Part shown: piece after piece, positions 28,424 to 39,300 of the stretch
Position numbering within the stretch: position 1 is the stretch's first letter
Layout of the letters: each line of letters starts with the position of its first letter
Virus record (IMG/VR): IMGVR_UViG_3300023171_000011
Coordinates: 10,859 to 74,858 of that record
DNA from: a virus
Strand: one strand, 5' to 3'
Length of the DNA stretch: 64,000 nt
The notes under the pieces: model-generated
The model's input: the letters and a program-made list of their open reading frames with translations, nothing else
The model's database searches: none
Told to the model about the DNA's origin: nothing
Translations under genes and position numbers: made by a program

Positions 28424-29815
28424 ATGGCTATTTCGGGCGCAAATCTTAATGGAGCTTTCCCAATATACGATACCTCAAGGTCGGTTAATACCTATACTTC
28501 GAATTTAGCAAAGCAAGCGGCCCAACGTGCAGCAGAACAAAAAGCTTTGCAGGATGATCTTGGTAAGATTAAAATTGATGGATTAAGGGATGCTGATAAA
28601 GAAGATTATTTCAAAGGCTTTGAGGATTGGAGAAGTACAGCTCAGGCAGCAGCAAAAGAAAGAGACTTTAGAACCAAGGCTCAATTGCAGTCTGACTCTG
28701 ATCGAAAGTATTTGGAGTTACAATCCTTGGTTAATAAGTCGAAGGAATATGGCAAGATGCATCAAGATGTTTCCGGACGTTTCCTTGATAATAAATTCAG
28801 GGACCAATTTACTGATGATGCCGTAGAGGTTTGGCGAAAGTCAGGTCAATTGCCAATTTCAAGTAAGGATATTGTTTTAGACCCTACGGCTTTGAGTCGT
28901 CAATTGGATTTAAGTGGTATTCAAAAAAAGATCACTGATATTGATGAAGATTTACTAAAACAAGCCAAATATGCTAACCCTGTTACGAGAAGGGTAACTT
29001 CGAACAATAGGACAGGTACTGAGAGTATTTACAGCCGTTCTGTAGACCCCAAACAGCAAGCATTGGCTTATGGTATGGCTTACGACACAGACAGGGATTT
29101 GAGGGCTTATATGCATAAGCAATACGAGAATGAATTTGCTTCAATGCCAGAAGACCAAGCTAAAGCATTTGCTATTCAGGATATGGTTAAGCAACGTCCT
29201 GTAGCTAGACAAGATGCACCTAAAATGGATTGGGATCTAAAAGAGGATAACTGGAAAGAGAAAGCTTTATTTAATGATGCGCTTGCTAGGAAAAGAAAAG
29301 CTGATGGTTTGTCTGATGACGACATAGTTACTTATGACAGAAAAGATTGGGTAAAAGCAATCCTGAATAAAAAAGCAGGTAGCGGAGAGAGGTTAGGTGC
29401 TGTAGCTAAGGCTCGTGGTTATGACCACAACCTAAAGGTTAAATGGGAAGGGGATATTTTAACAATAGATGTACCGCCAATTACTAATGAAAAAACTACC
29501 GTAAATGGCGATAAAGTAAATGCAACAGCAAGCACTACTCCTACTAAGCGAATTAGAATAAACGCTAATGATCCAAATGCCGGCTCTCAGTTAAACACAA
29601 TTATTAACGAGATTACCGGAGATAAAATATCTGAGACTAAATTTAAGACCGGTAATGCTGCTGGTAAAATGAAAATAGGATCAACAGCACCTCAAACTAG
29701 GAAACAAGTACCACTGTCTAAAGTAAAAGGTCTTGTTGGTAAAAAAGGGTATGAGGGTTATACTGAAAAAGAACTAATTGACTATTACAAATCACAAGGA
29801 TACGACGTAAAATAA
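28424..29815 (+). CDS. internal virion (ejection) protein
   Basis: Position; helical composition. Confidence 0.5.
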   Translation: MAISGANLNGAFPIYDTSRSVNTYTSNLAKQAAQRAAEQKALQDDLGKIKIDGLRDADKEDYFKGFEDWRSTAQAAAKERDFRTKAQLQSDSDRKYLELQSLVNKSKEYGKMHQDVSGRFLDNKFRDQFTDDAVEVWRKSGQLPISSKDIVLDPTALSRQLDLSGIQKKITDIDEDLLKQAKYANPVTRRVTSNNRTGTESIYSRSVDPKQQALAYGMAYDTDRDLRAYMHKQYENEFASMPEDQAKAFAIQDMVKQRPVARQDAPKMDWDLKEDNWKEKALFNDALARKRKADGLSDDDIVTYDRKDWVKAILNKKAGSGERLGAVAKARGYDHNLKVKWEGDILTIDVPPITNEKTTVNGDKVNATASTTPTKRIRINANDPNAGSQLNTIINEITGDKISETKFKTGNAAGKMKIGSTAPQTRKQVPLSKVKGLVGKKGYEGYTEKELIDYYKSQGYDVK

Positions 29816-29817
29816 CT

Positions 29818-29982
29818 ATGGCAGAATATCAAGATTTAGAGGATGACTTATTGCCTCCTCCACCAAAGAAAAACACTTCAAAAAAACAAAGTTTAGGAGA
29901 TGATGGCTTACTGCCGCCACCTCCTTTAAAAAAATATACCCCTCTCTACATCTGGCACAAATTCCTCAACTGGTTTAGATAA
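29818..29982 (+). CDS. 54-aa ORF, probable true N-terminus of giant ejection protein via +1 frameshift
   Basis: MAEYQDLEDDLLPPPPKK...DDGLLPPPPLKK; TTTAAAAAAA at 29925-34 where next frame opens. Confidence 0.6.
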   Translation: MAEYQDLEDDLLPPPPKKNTSKKQSLGDDGLLPPPPLKKYTPLYIWHKFLNWFR

Positions 29983-30079
29983 AGAACCAACTTACGAAAC
30001 AGGCCAACTTGAAGAAGTAAATATAACTGCAAGAAGAAATCCATTAGACCCTAATAGACCACAAGATCAGCCGTTTAAT

Positions 30080-33000
30080 ATGGCTGATAACCAGCCTAAG
30101 ACACGTTCTGGTTTTGATGAATGGAAAGCCTCGTTACCAAAAAGACTTCGTTACGAAGGGGATTATGACCTTAAAGGTTACTACAATAAATATGGTGCTT
30201 CCAAAGTAAAAGGTGAGGCGCATTTAACGGATGAGTTTAAGTTACCAAACCATCCTACGTTTTCTACGGAAAGTAAATACTTCAATGAAAATACTAAAAT
30301 GCAGGGTGGAGAATGGGATGGAGATAGCTATGTGCCTTTTGATCCATCTAAACCTATTTTTGATGAAAAGAATAATAAGTACCTTCCTAACACTAGAAGA
30401 GCGCCACAAGGTCAGGATTACGCTCAAAATGAAAATCCATTAGGTATGATGGTGCCTGAGCAGACTCCTTTTAACTTTGCTCAATCAAGTAATCCTGAAC
30501 TATATAATGCTACGGTATCAAAACAACCTAACGTTCCAGAAGTAGAAACATCCAGGTTAAATAATTTAGGTAAAGGATTAAGTTCTTTATACGAGGGTCT
30601 TCTTAAAATACCTAGATATGCTTATGATGTAGCTGCAGCTCCGCAAAATGCTTTATCTAAACTTTTGGACAATCCCAATATAGCAACCGACTACGATTCA
30701 TTCCTTAAACAAACAAGTATTGATGGATTACCTTCGAGTCCACTTACTATGTTAGATCAGTTGGGTGACTACTATAAAGGTGAGGCTAAAAACTACGAGG
30801 CTAAAACCAAGAAGTACGATGACAATATCGTTGGTAGTATAGGTAAGGGTAAATGGGGTGAAGCAGGTAGTCAGGTTTTAGATCAGATTACAGAGAGCGC
30901 ACCAAGTATCGCTACGATGGCTATGACTGCAGGTGCCGGACAGATTGCTAATGCAGGACAAGTAACTTCTACTCTGGCGAACGCTTTGCCTTTTATGAGT
31001 CAGAAGAACGCTCAACTACAAGATAGAACTGATGTACCGGAATGGTTAAAGCCTGTCAACGCTACATTAAACGGATTGAGTGAAGTAATATTTGACCAAA
31101 AGTTTGGTACACAGGCGGCTATTCAGGGTATTGTTAACCGGTTCACCAATGAGGGAAGGGAAGTCGCTGTAGATGCTGCTAAAGAGTTTGCTAAGTCCTT
31201 TGTGAATAAAGCTATGAATGGCGCTAAAGTGATTAAGCCTTTCGCTACCGGAGCTATTGAAGAGGGTACAACACAATTGGCACAGAACATTGTAGACAAG
31301 TATACGACTGATCCGGACAAAGACTTGATGGAGGGTGTAGCAGACGCTATGATCGTGGGTAGTGCAATGACTGGTCCTATTGAGACTCTTGGGAAGATAG
31401 TTCAACCTAAAGCCCGTAAACAAGTCACAGAACTTCAAACTCAACAACAAAGTTTACTTAATGAATTAGGAAATCCTAACATCACTGAGGATGCAAGGAA
31501 AGGCGTTGAACAGTTATTGGAGAACAATCAAAATTCAATTGAGAGTATTGCTAAGGAAACCCAGGATGCAATTGCTAAGTTAAACCCTACACAGAAGAAA
31601 GAGGTAGAAGCGATAGGTGAAAAGATCACCACAGCCGAATCTATTGTCAATGACCCTAATGCAAGTGAAGAAGTCAAGAAAGTTGCAGAAGCCCAAATAG
31701 ATCAATTGGGTAAAGAGATTGACGCAATCAAACCTGAACCAGTTAGTGCAAAAAATGCACAGACTGATAAGTCGGAGATTATACCTGTTAAAAAAGGAAC
31801 TGATGTGGCTGTGGACGACACAGTTGAATTGGTCAACGGGAAGACAGGTAAGGTAACTAATATTGAAGGTGACCAAATCACCATGACGATGGAAGATGGC
31901 GCTACGTTTATGGCTACACCTGACTTGGTGGAGATGAGCGTTGTGAAGCCAAAAGAAGCCGTACAAGAGACTCAAACTCCTGTAGAGGTAAAAGAGCCAG
32001 TCAAAGAAAAAGAAGTGATTGTAGAACCTAAAATAGAGTCTAATGAAACTAAACTACCTGTACCTGAGAAAGAGAATGTGGTTACGGAGACTGTACCACA
32101 AGAAAAACCTAAAGAAGTAATTGAACCTACTCCTATTGAGGTAGTGAATGAAGCGGTTAAGGAGCCCACTGAACTACCTAAAAAGGAAACCACTACGTTC
32201 GATGACCTTGCTAACAAAAGACTACCCAATAAAGAAGTTCGAGATACCAAGAGTAATGTTGAGCGAGAAACAGGAGACACCCTTACTTCGGACATTAAAG
32301 AGTTTGACTCTGTAGATTTCAAACAAAGTATGCTCCATGGTGAAGATGTGGTAGAAGCGGCCAAAAAAGAGTTTGGCGACAATTATGTTACTGGAACTTT
32401 GGATTACGTAAAAGAGTCTAAGATGCCGTTCGAGAATAAGGCGGTGATCTTAGTTTCCCTGGAAAACAACTTACGTAAACAACTGCTTGAAGATCCGAAG
32501 AACAAGCAATTAAGAAAACAGATTGCGGCTGCTACTGCGGCTTCGGTTGCTCACTTGAGAAGTGGGGCCACGGCTGCGGCTACTGGTATATTCAGACAAG
32601 CGGCAAGAACAGCCTACGATACTAAGTTGGCTTTAGAGGCTATTTTCAGCCCTAAACAACTGGAAGAGAGGGCGAAGGTCGAGGGTGCTGTTGCCGCTAC
32701 CTCAGAGGACATACAAGAGTCTTATGAAGCAAGTCAGGCTGATATTCAGGATGCAATAGATAAAGGTGTAGAGGAGCGTGTAAACGAGATTTACGAGAGT
32801 ATGCCTACTGCCAGAAGACAACGTGCAGACAAAGCTATTGCGGCCCTTGACAGGATTCAAAAGAAACTTAGGGGTAAAACCTACGATGCTTCCATTGGAG
32901 TTCCTATTGCGATCATTGACGCTGGTATCACAACGATTAAAGCGGCTATTCGTGCAGGGGTGGATATTGCTGATGCAATTGAATTGGGGATTAAAAAAAT

Positions 33001-35347
33001 CAGGGAACAGCATGGTAAGAATTGGGAGGAAGATGCTTTCCGTCAAGACATGCTTAATGGTTTTAGTGAGGAAGGAGTTAAAACCACAACTGTAGAGGCT
33101 TCATTAAAACAGGAACTGATTGACGCAGGGTATGGCAAAGAAATCAATGTAAAAACCAAAAACGGTAAGGAGAAAAGAAATGTACTGGATTGGAGGAAGC
33201 TAACAGGTATTGAGGGAAGTTTTGATACGATGAAGGAAAACCTGAACCGTTCATTCAAAGGCAAGGGGTATTCTCAGGCAGAGATTGATGGGTTTGAAAA
33301 ACAACTCCAAGAAGATTACAACGATATCCACGCTGGTATAATTGAGAAGTCAATTAACGAGTTGAACCGAAGAAATACGATCAGGGGTAACCAAACTAAA
33401 CCTTTGGCGAGAAGACTTGCTGAGCTTTATAATTTGGGATTGTACGACAGTGACCCTGCTACGTATGAGAATATCCTGAACAACGCTTTAGGTATCAACC
33501 AAATCAGTCAGGATGCGTTCAACGAGATTAAAGCCTTAAACAAGTCTTTAGCGCAACTGATGGATACGAGGAAGCCTGATGGCACCCGACTGTCTGATGT
33601 AGCTTTAGCTGCTCTTGAAACCGATATTAAAAACAGGATATCCGGAGTGATCAGAAAGGTTCAGTTTGCAGAGGGTAATATGTTCTTTAAAACCTCTGAT
33701 GTACTTAAGAATCTGTTTAGTGCCATGCAGCGAATGATGTTGGTTAAAATGAGTCAACTTATAGAGAACCCGTTTTCCGGGAAGGTCAATGACCTTCAAG
33801 TTCAGTTGCAGGACGCTTTCAAAAAAGGCAAGTGGGATACGAAAGAATTGGCCCAAAGAAGATCACAAATATCTAAGATTATTTATCAGGACATTACTTT
33901 GAGAGGTGGTGATGAATATGGTGGTGTTGGTAATCCGTTCACCAGTAAGAACACCGTTGAAGATTTTGTAAATGGTCTTTCTAAGAAACCTTTATACACT
34001 TTAGCTACAGCCGTACTGAGCGGTAGGATTTACCTGGATGCAGCCGATTCATTCTTTAAGATCAAAAGGACTGAAAAAGAGTTCACTCACAACCTTCTCA
34101 GGATACTTACTGACCCAAGCAACCCTAATGGTTCAATGACTCAAGAGAATGCCTTACAGTACGTGTCAGAAGCCTTGACAGGGCAGTCGTTTGAAGAGAG
34201 TAAAAAGGTAGCCAGACAAATCATAGAAGACGTGAATAAAGCAGGTGGCAAAGAGTTAATCCGTTCTACGGAGTCAAACGTTTTAAGGGTGGCTAATGAC
34301 ATTGTGAAAGACAATTTGGTAAATGGTGGTGCTATGGATGCAAAGACCATGGAGGCTGCTTTTAAAGCCGGCTACCACACCGCAGGTAAAAGTATCGGTC
34401 ACGAGTCTAACAACATCATTACAGACGGTGTGGGTAAGATCAATGAGCTCATTCAAGTCAGGCTTCAAGAGGCACTTAAACGCAAAGACTACAGCACTGC
34501 AGCTATCCTTAATTTAACAAGTATTCTTTCTAAAAACATTGTCAATCCTTTTGTTGGAGGGGGAACGAATTGGACTATCCTTGGACTTCAAAAAATCGGA
34601 TTACCTACAGAATTTTTAAGAAGTGATGTTGGGGTATCTAAGAAACCAATCGACCTATCTACCAAAGAGGGGTTGAAAGATTTACAAAAGAACCTGGCTG
34701 CGAATGCAGAAAGAAGCAGGATGTATGGAAGGATGGCTATAGGGACGTTTGCAGGACTTTCAGCGTTACTAGCATTAAAAGCTATAGATGATGACGATGA
34801 TTACCTTAAATGGCTTAAAAAGCATCCAGAAGCCCGTAAATTGATCAACAAACTACAACCTGTTCCGATCACGCTTGCTTTGGCTGCTGATGAAAGTGGA
34901 AAGGACTTGGTTAAAGCGGTGTTTGAGGTATTTGGTAGCAGACAGAACTTTGACGCTTTAAAAGTGAAGACTGCAGCACAGAACTTCTACGAAGGATATG
35001 CGGAGGACAATGAGGCTGACAAAAAGAAGGCTTGGGGTGCTATGGGAGAATTGATTGGTAGAAGAACAAACGTTCCTTACATATCTGCGCTATCAAACTT
35101 TGGTCAACAAGAACAGAAGCTAAAGAACGACTTTATTCAGAACCCAAGCAAAGCAGACTTCAAGGCTTCCAAAGGATTTATTAATGGTTACTATAAAGGT
35201 GGCTTTGCTGATTGGTTGCTAGGTGCTACAGGGGTTAAAGAAGAAGGGACTCCTTTTATTGGTGATGAGAACCTTTCTCCGGCCGACATTAAAAAGGCGA
35301 TCAAAAAAGCACAAGAAGATTTGAGGAAAAAAAGAAATTCAAAATAA
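30080..35347 (+). CDS. giant internal virion/ejection protein
   Basis: 1755 aa, helical, last of ejection cluster; frame open from 29930; no RNAP DxDxD motif noticed. Confidence 0.65.
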   Translation: MADNQPKTRSGFDEWKASLPKRLRYEGDYDLKGYYNKYGASKVKGEAHLTDEFKLPNHPTFSTESKYFNENTKMQGGEWDGDSYVPFDPSKPIFDEKNNKYLPNTRRAPQGQDYAQNENPLGMMVPEQTPFNFAQSSNPELYNATVSKQPNVPEVETSRLNNLGKGLSSLYEGLLKIPRYAYDVAAAPQNALSKLLDNPNIATDYDSFLKQTSIDGLPSSPLTMLDQLGDYYKGEAKNYEAKTKKYDDNIVGSIGKGKWGEAGSQVLDQITESAPSIATMAMTAGAGQIANAGQVTSTLANALPFMSQKNAQLQDRTDVPEWLKPVNATLNGLSEVIFDQKFGTQAAIQGIVNRFTNEGREVAVDAAKEFAKSFVNKAMNGAKVIKPFATGAIEEGTTQLAQNIVDKYTTDPDKDLMEGVADAMIVGSAMTGPIETLGKIVQPKARKQVTELQTQQQSLLNELGNPNITEDARKGVEQLLENNQNSIESIAKETQDAIAKLNPTQKKEVEAIGEKITTAESIVNDPNASEEVKKVAEAQIDQLGKEIDAIKPEPVSAKNAQTDKSEIIPVKKGTDVAVDDTVELVNGKTGKVTNIEGDQITMTMEDGATFMATPDLVEMSVVKPKEAVQETQTPVEVKEPVKEKEVIVEPKIESNETKLPVPEKENVVTETVPQEKPKEVIEPTPIEVVNEAVKEPTELPKKETTTFDDLANKRLPNKEVRDTKSNVERETGDTLTSDIKEFDSVDFKQSMLHGEDVVEAAKKEFGDNYVTGTLDYVKESKMPFENKAVILVSLENNLRKQLLEDPKNKQLRKQIAAATAASVAHLRSGATAAATGIFRQAARTAYDTKLALEAIFSPKQLEERAKVEGAVAATSEDIQESYEASQADIQDAIDKGVEERVNEIYESMPTARRQRADKAIAALDRIQKKLRGKTYDASIGVPIAIIDAGITTIKAAIRAGVDIADAIELGIKKIREQHGKNWEEDAFRQDMLNGFSEEGVKTTTVEASLKQELIDAGYGKEINVKTKNGKEKRNVLDWRKLTGIEGSFDTMKENLNRSFKGKGYSQAEIDGFEKQLQEDYNDIHAGIIEKSINELNRRNTIRGNQTKPLARRLAELYNLGLYDSDPATYENILNNALGINQISQDAFNEIKALNKSLAQLMDTRKPDGTRLSDVALAALETDIKNRISGVIRKVQFAEGNMFFKTSDVLKNLFSAMQRMMLVKMSQLIENPFSGKVNDLQVQLQDAFKKGKWDTKELAQRRSQISKIIYQDITLRGGDEYGGVGNPFTSKNTVEDFVNGLSKKPLYTLATAVLSGRIYLDAADSFFKIKRTEKEFTHNLLRILTDPSNPNGSMTQENALQYVSEALTGQSFEESKKVARQIIEDVNKAGGKELIRSTESNVLRVANDIVKDNLVNGGAMDAKTMEAAFKAGYHTAGKSIGHESNNIITDGVGKINELIQVRLQEALKRKDYSTAAILNLTSILSKNIVNPFVGGGTNWTILGLQKIGLPTEFLRSDVGVSKKPIDLSTKEGLKDLQKNLAANAERSRMYGRMAIGTFAGLSALLALKAIDDDDDYLKWLKKHPEARKLINKLQPVPITLALAADESGKDLVKAVFEVFGSRQNFDALKVKTAAQNFYEGYAEDNEADKKKAWGAMGELIGRRTNVPYISALSNFGQQEQKLKNDFIQNPSKADFKASKGFINGYYKGGFADWLLGATGVKEEGTPFIGDENLSPADIKKAIKKAQEDLRKKRNSK

Positions 35348-35491
35348 AGTAGTGGGAATTTAAAAATAGTTCCTATGTTTGAAGTGTAAGTAAAACATTG
35401 TGGGGTGAGAGACACAATTAAAAACATTAATAGGGCTTACTCGGCATCTGGACTCTCACCTCCTTTTGTCGGGTAAGCCTTAATCATTTTT
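35345..35491 (+). promoter_or_regulatory. promoter plus structured leader with complementary loops
   Basis: TATGTTTG 35374-81; hairpin 35397-35418; 15-bp hairpin 35432-35481; loops ggtgagag/ctctcacc. Confidence 0.65.
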
Positions 35492-36103
35492 ATGAAAAAA
35501 TTCATTTTATCTACATTATTGCATTATGCCAATAGGTCTGTGCCGTATCCAAAGGATGACTTTTATGCTTTAAAAAGCATGTTATTAGAAAGGTATGGTG
35601 ATCGTGTAGATGACGACTATCAACACATAACAAAAAGCTGTTATACTTGTGATGGTACGGGTAAGTATTATGGATATAGAGGGATAGATATTTGTTGGCA
35701 TTGCTGTGGAACTGGAATATATTCTAATTTCTATGTGATACTTAAAAAGTACCAATTCGGCAAATATCAGTTTCATACTCCCAGTGAAAGAAAATACATT
35801 TATTCAGATAAAGATTTACCTAAAGTAAATTTTATACAAGGATATATCACCCATAAAACGCCTAAATATTACTTAGCCACTGAATGTGGTTTGTGGTTGA
35901 TGTTATTTTATAATCGAAGGGTTTTTATGAAGATGATGAGATCATCGTGTGCTTGTGGGCCAATAATGACACCACTAGTTTTTATCCAAAAAATAGTCTG
36001 GTTTTTTAAATGGAAAGAGTACAGAAAATGGTTTATTAAAAAGCCAACTAAAACTATATACAAAAATCAAGATCACCAAGATATACATGAATTACCATTT
36101 TAA
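35492..36103 (+). CDS. hypothetical protein with DnaJ-type zinc finger
   Basis: CYTCDGTG and CWHCCGTG; ELPF tail. Confidence 0.6.
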   Translation: MKKFILSTLLHYANRSVPYPKDDFYALKSMLLERYGDRVDDDYQHITKSCYTCDGTGKYYGYRGIDICWHCCGTGIYSNFYVILKKYQFGKYQFHTPSERKYIYSDKDLPKVNFIQGYITHKTPKYYLATECGLWLMLFYNRRVFMKMMRSSCACGPIMTPLVFIQKIVWFFKWKEYRKWFIKKPTKTIYKNQDHQDIHELPF

Positions 36104-36117
36104 ACAAAACTAGTACC

Positions 36118-36360
36118 ATGACAAAAGAAGAAAAATTAAAATTAGAAGCCGAAAAATGCTTGGAATATTTTGTTGATAGTCTACCTGCTTGGACTGAGAA
36201 AAGAAAAGAAGCCGTATTAAAAGCAATACTCTCCTTCGGTGAGAATTACAAAACTATATTGGCTACTATACCTTGTGAGTGTAAATATTCAATTAAAGAT
36301 AAAAATTATAATCGTTGCTCTTCTTGCGGTGGTAATTGGAAAAACAGAATAAATAAATAG
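36118..36360 (+). CDS. hypothetical protein
   Basis: ORF in operon; CEC...CSSC. Confidence 0.5.
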   Translation: MTKEEKLKLEAEKCLEYFVDSLPAWTEKRKEAVLKAILSFGENYKTILATIPCECKYSIKDKNYNRCSSCGGNWKNRINK

Positions 36361-36361
36361 C

Positions 36362-39300
36362 ATGAGCTTATACGACAAATTACTCCAAAAAACATCCAAG
36401 TCAATTTACCTCAATCAAAAAAGAACAAGCGATCAGGCTTATGTGGTGGATAAAGAAACAGGTAATTGGATTCCGATAGAAAAGACTTATGAAGCGGACT
36501 TGGGACTCAAAGGCGACTTCTACGTACACTTAGCTTTAAAAGGCAATGGATGGGTTGTAAGCGAGGGAATGAGCGGGAGCAGTCTTAGTACCGGAACAAC
36601 GATGGAAGTGGCTGTAATGGCTGCAAAATCGAAAGTACAGGGCTATATCAAGAAGCATAGCGAAGAATTATTTTATGACCTCTTGTTAAAGGCTAAAGAA
36701 AAGCTAACCAAAAAGAACCCAAGATACATTCCTACGCTTGAGAAGTTGGAAGAGGTGGTGCCTGAACCTGTAATCGAACCTATACCTGGTGTCGGTAATC
36801 ACGACGTTAGCCCCGAACCAATCACTTTAAAGTCAGTCGTCCGAGATTGCTTGAATTACAAGAACACCATTGATGTTGACTACATATCAGAAGCTTTAGG
36901 ATTAGATTCAGAGGAAGTGGAGAACCAATTGCTTGCTGAGGAGTTAGTCTTCTACAACCCTGAAAACAACGTGTTAGAAGCACCTGATGAATACCTGTCA
37001 GGTAATGTAAGAGTCAAGTTGATTAAAGCCGAAGAAGCGGCTATAAACAATCCTATGTTCCTTAGAAATGTAGAGAAGCTTAAAGAAGTTCAACCCGAAC
37101 AGATACCCTCTGCTTTCATTCAATATTCACTTGGTGCAGCATGGATTCCAAAAGAGGTGTTTGAGAAGTTCGCTACAGATATGTTCAAGACCAAAGTCAA
37201 GATTCAGTATTTGGAGTTGACAGGCAAATATTCAGCTACAGCTTACTTTAGTGGTGGACCACAAATTAAAATGACCTATGCAGCCGGAGGAAAGAACGGA
37301 CTTGAAATTCTAAACGCTACTTTAAACAACCAGCAAATAACGATCAGCGAGACTAAGAGCGGAAAGACAACCAAGAACCTCGATAAGACTGCAGCAGCTC
37401 AGGGAATGCAAGAGCAAATGCAAGATGAATTCCAGGCTTTTATTCGAGCCAACAGGGATATTGAAGAGAGCACCGAGAAAGAGTACAACGAGATATTTAA
37501 TTCCAGAGTCACCCGTAATTTTGTGATTCCAGATTTGGTTCATTATCCAGGTGCTTCAACTCACATCTATTTACTCAAACATCAAAAGGCAGCAGTCATC
37601 AGAGGGTTAAATCACAGCACTTTATTTGCGCATGTTGTTGGTTCTGGAAAAACTCTAGTTATTATTACAACGGCAATGGAACTGCGTAGATTGGGCAAAG
37701 CGACCAAACCAATGATCGTAGTCCAAAACAAGACACGTGGACAATTTATAGCCTCGTTCATGGATTTATACCCTGACGCAAATATCCTCGCTCCTACAGG
37801 CTTAGAATTGACTACAGCGTACAGGGCAGAGCTCTATTACAAGATACGTGATCAGGATTGGGATGCAATCATTTTACCTGCCTCTCAGTTTGATATGATA
37901 CCTGATGACTTGGACAGACAAAAGAAAATACTTGCCGATCAGATTAATGAAGTGCAGGAAGTTCTTTATAATATCGATAAGAGGGTAATGCCTCAAGAGT
38001 ACGCTTCGGTCAACAGGCAGTTGCGTGGATTAAGAAAAGACTTAGGTGATATTGAGATAAATGAAGAACAGAGAAGAAATGCTAGAGAATTAGCTTCACA
38101 AGTTGACGGAAGCAAACCTTTATTGAACTTTGAAGACCTTGGTGTAGATGCTCTTTTAATTGACGAATTTCACCGTTATAAACGTTTAGGCGGAATTTAT
38201 ACCGCATTAGCAAACGTAAAGGGGATTGACGTACAGAAGAGTAATCGGAGTCAATCTACACTCCTAAAAATGCGTTGGGTACAGCAACATAATGAGGGAA
38301 GAAACACACTTGTCTATACAGGCACCCCAATCAGTAATACGATGGCAGAGGCATGGACCATGATCAGATATGTTCGTCCTGATATTTTAAAGAAAATTGG
38401 TATTCAACACTTCGATCAATTCGCTAAGACATTCGGACAAGTGATACCTTCTTTAGAACAAACAGGTGGTGGTACGTTTAAAATTCAGAACAGGTTTGCT
38501 AAATTCCAGAACTTACCTGAGTTTATCGCAGCTTTTAGGGAATGTACAGACGTAGTATTGAAAGAGGATATAGCTGAGTTCCATTTGAATGATATGATTC
38601 CTAAATTACATGGGGGCCAGATCAAACAAGAGATTATTAAACAGTCAGAAGAGCTACGTTTACAAATTAAGGAGTTTAGAGAGCTTTTAGAGTGGTATGA
38701 CGAACTGGAAGGTATGGATAGAAGAAAGTATAGCTACATTCCTTTGGTGGTCTTTGGAAGGGCTAAACAGGCCTCTATTGACTTACGGTTACTCAGTCCT
38801 GCAAACAAAGACGTTCCGAATAGTAAAGTCAACCAAGTAATCAGACACGCATTGAGGATTTACCATGAGACAGGACTTGTTCAAATGATATTCTCCGACC
38901 TTTACCAATCTCCGGAACCAAAAGAACCTTTTATAGACGAAGATTGCCAAATACCCAACCCTGCGTATGGAATGCCAAGGTTCAACCTATTCAATGATAT
39001 CAAACAAAAACTCATAGCACAGGGAGTAAAGCCTCACGAGATCGCTATACTAACGGAACCTAAATACGACAAAGCCGAAAAAGCAGAACAATTATTTGCT
39101 GATGCCAACGCTGCCAGGATAAAGTTCTTACTTGGGAGCACAGAAAGAATGGGAGTGGGGGTGAATGCTCAAAAAAGATTGATTGGTCTTCACCATGTAG
39201 ACGCACCGAACAGACCTATGGATTTCGAGCAACGTAACGGTCGTATAGAGCGTCAGGGAAACTTAAACAAAGAGATACACATATTTGCCTACGGAGTGGA

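Noticed and set aside
30080-35347. Virion RNA polymerase as in Crassvirales
   Set aside because: No DxDxD catalytic motif in a plausible context; structural genes have host-type promoters
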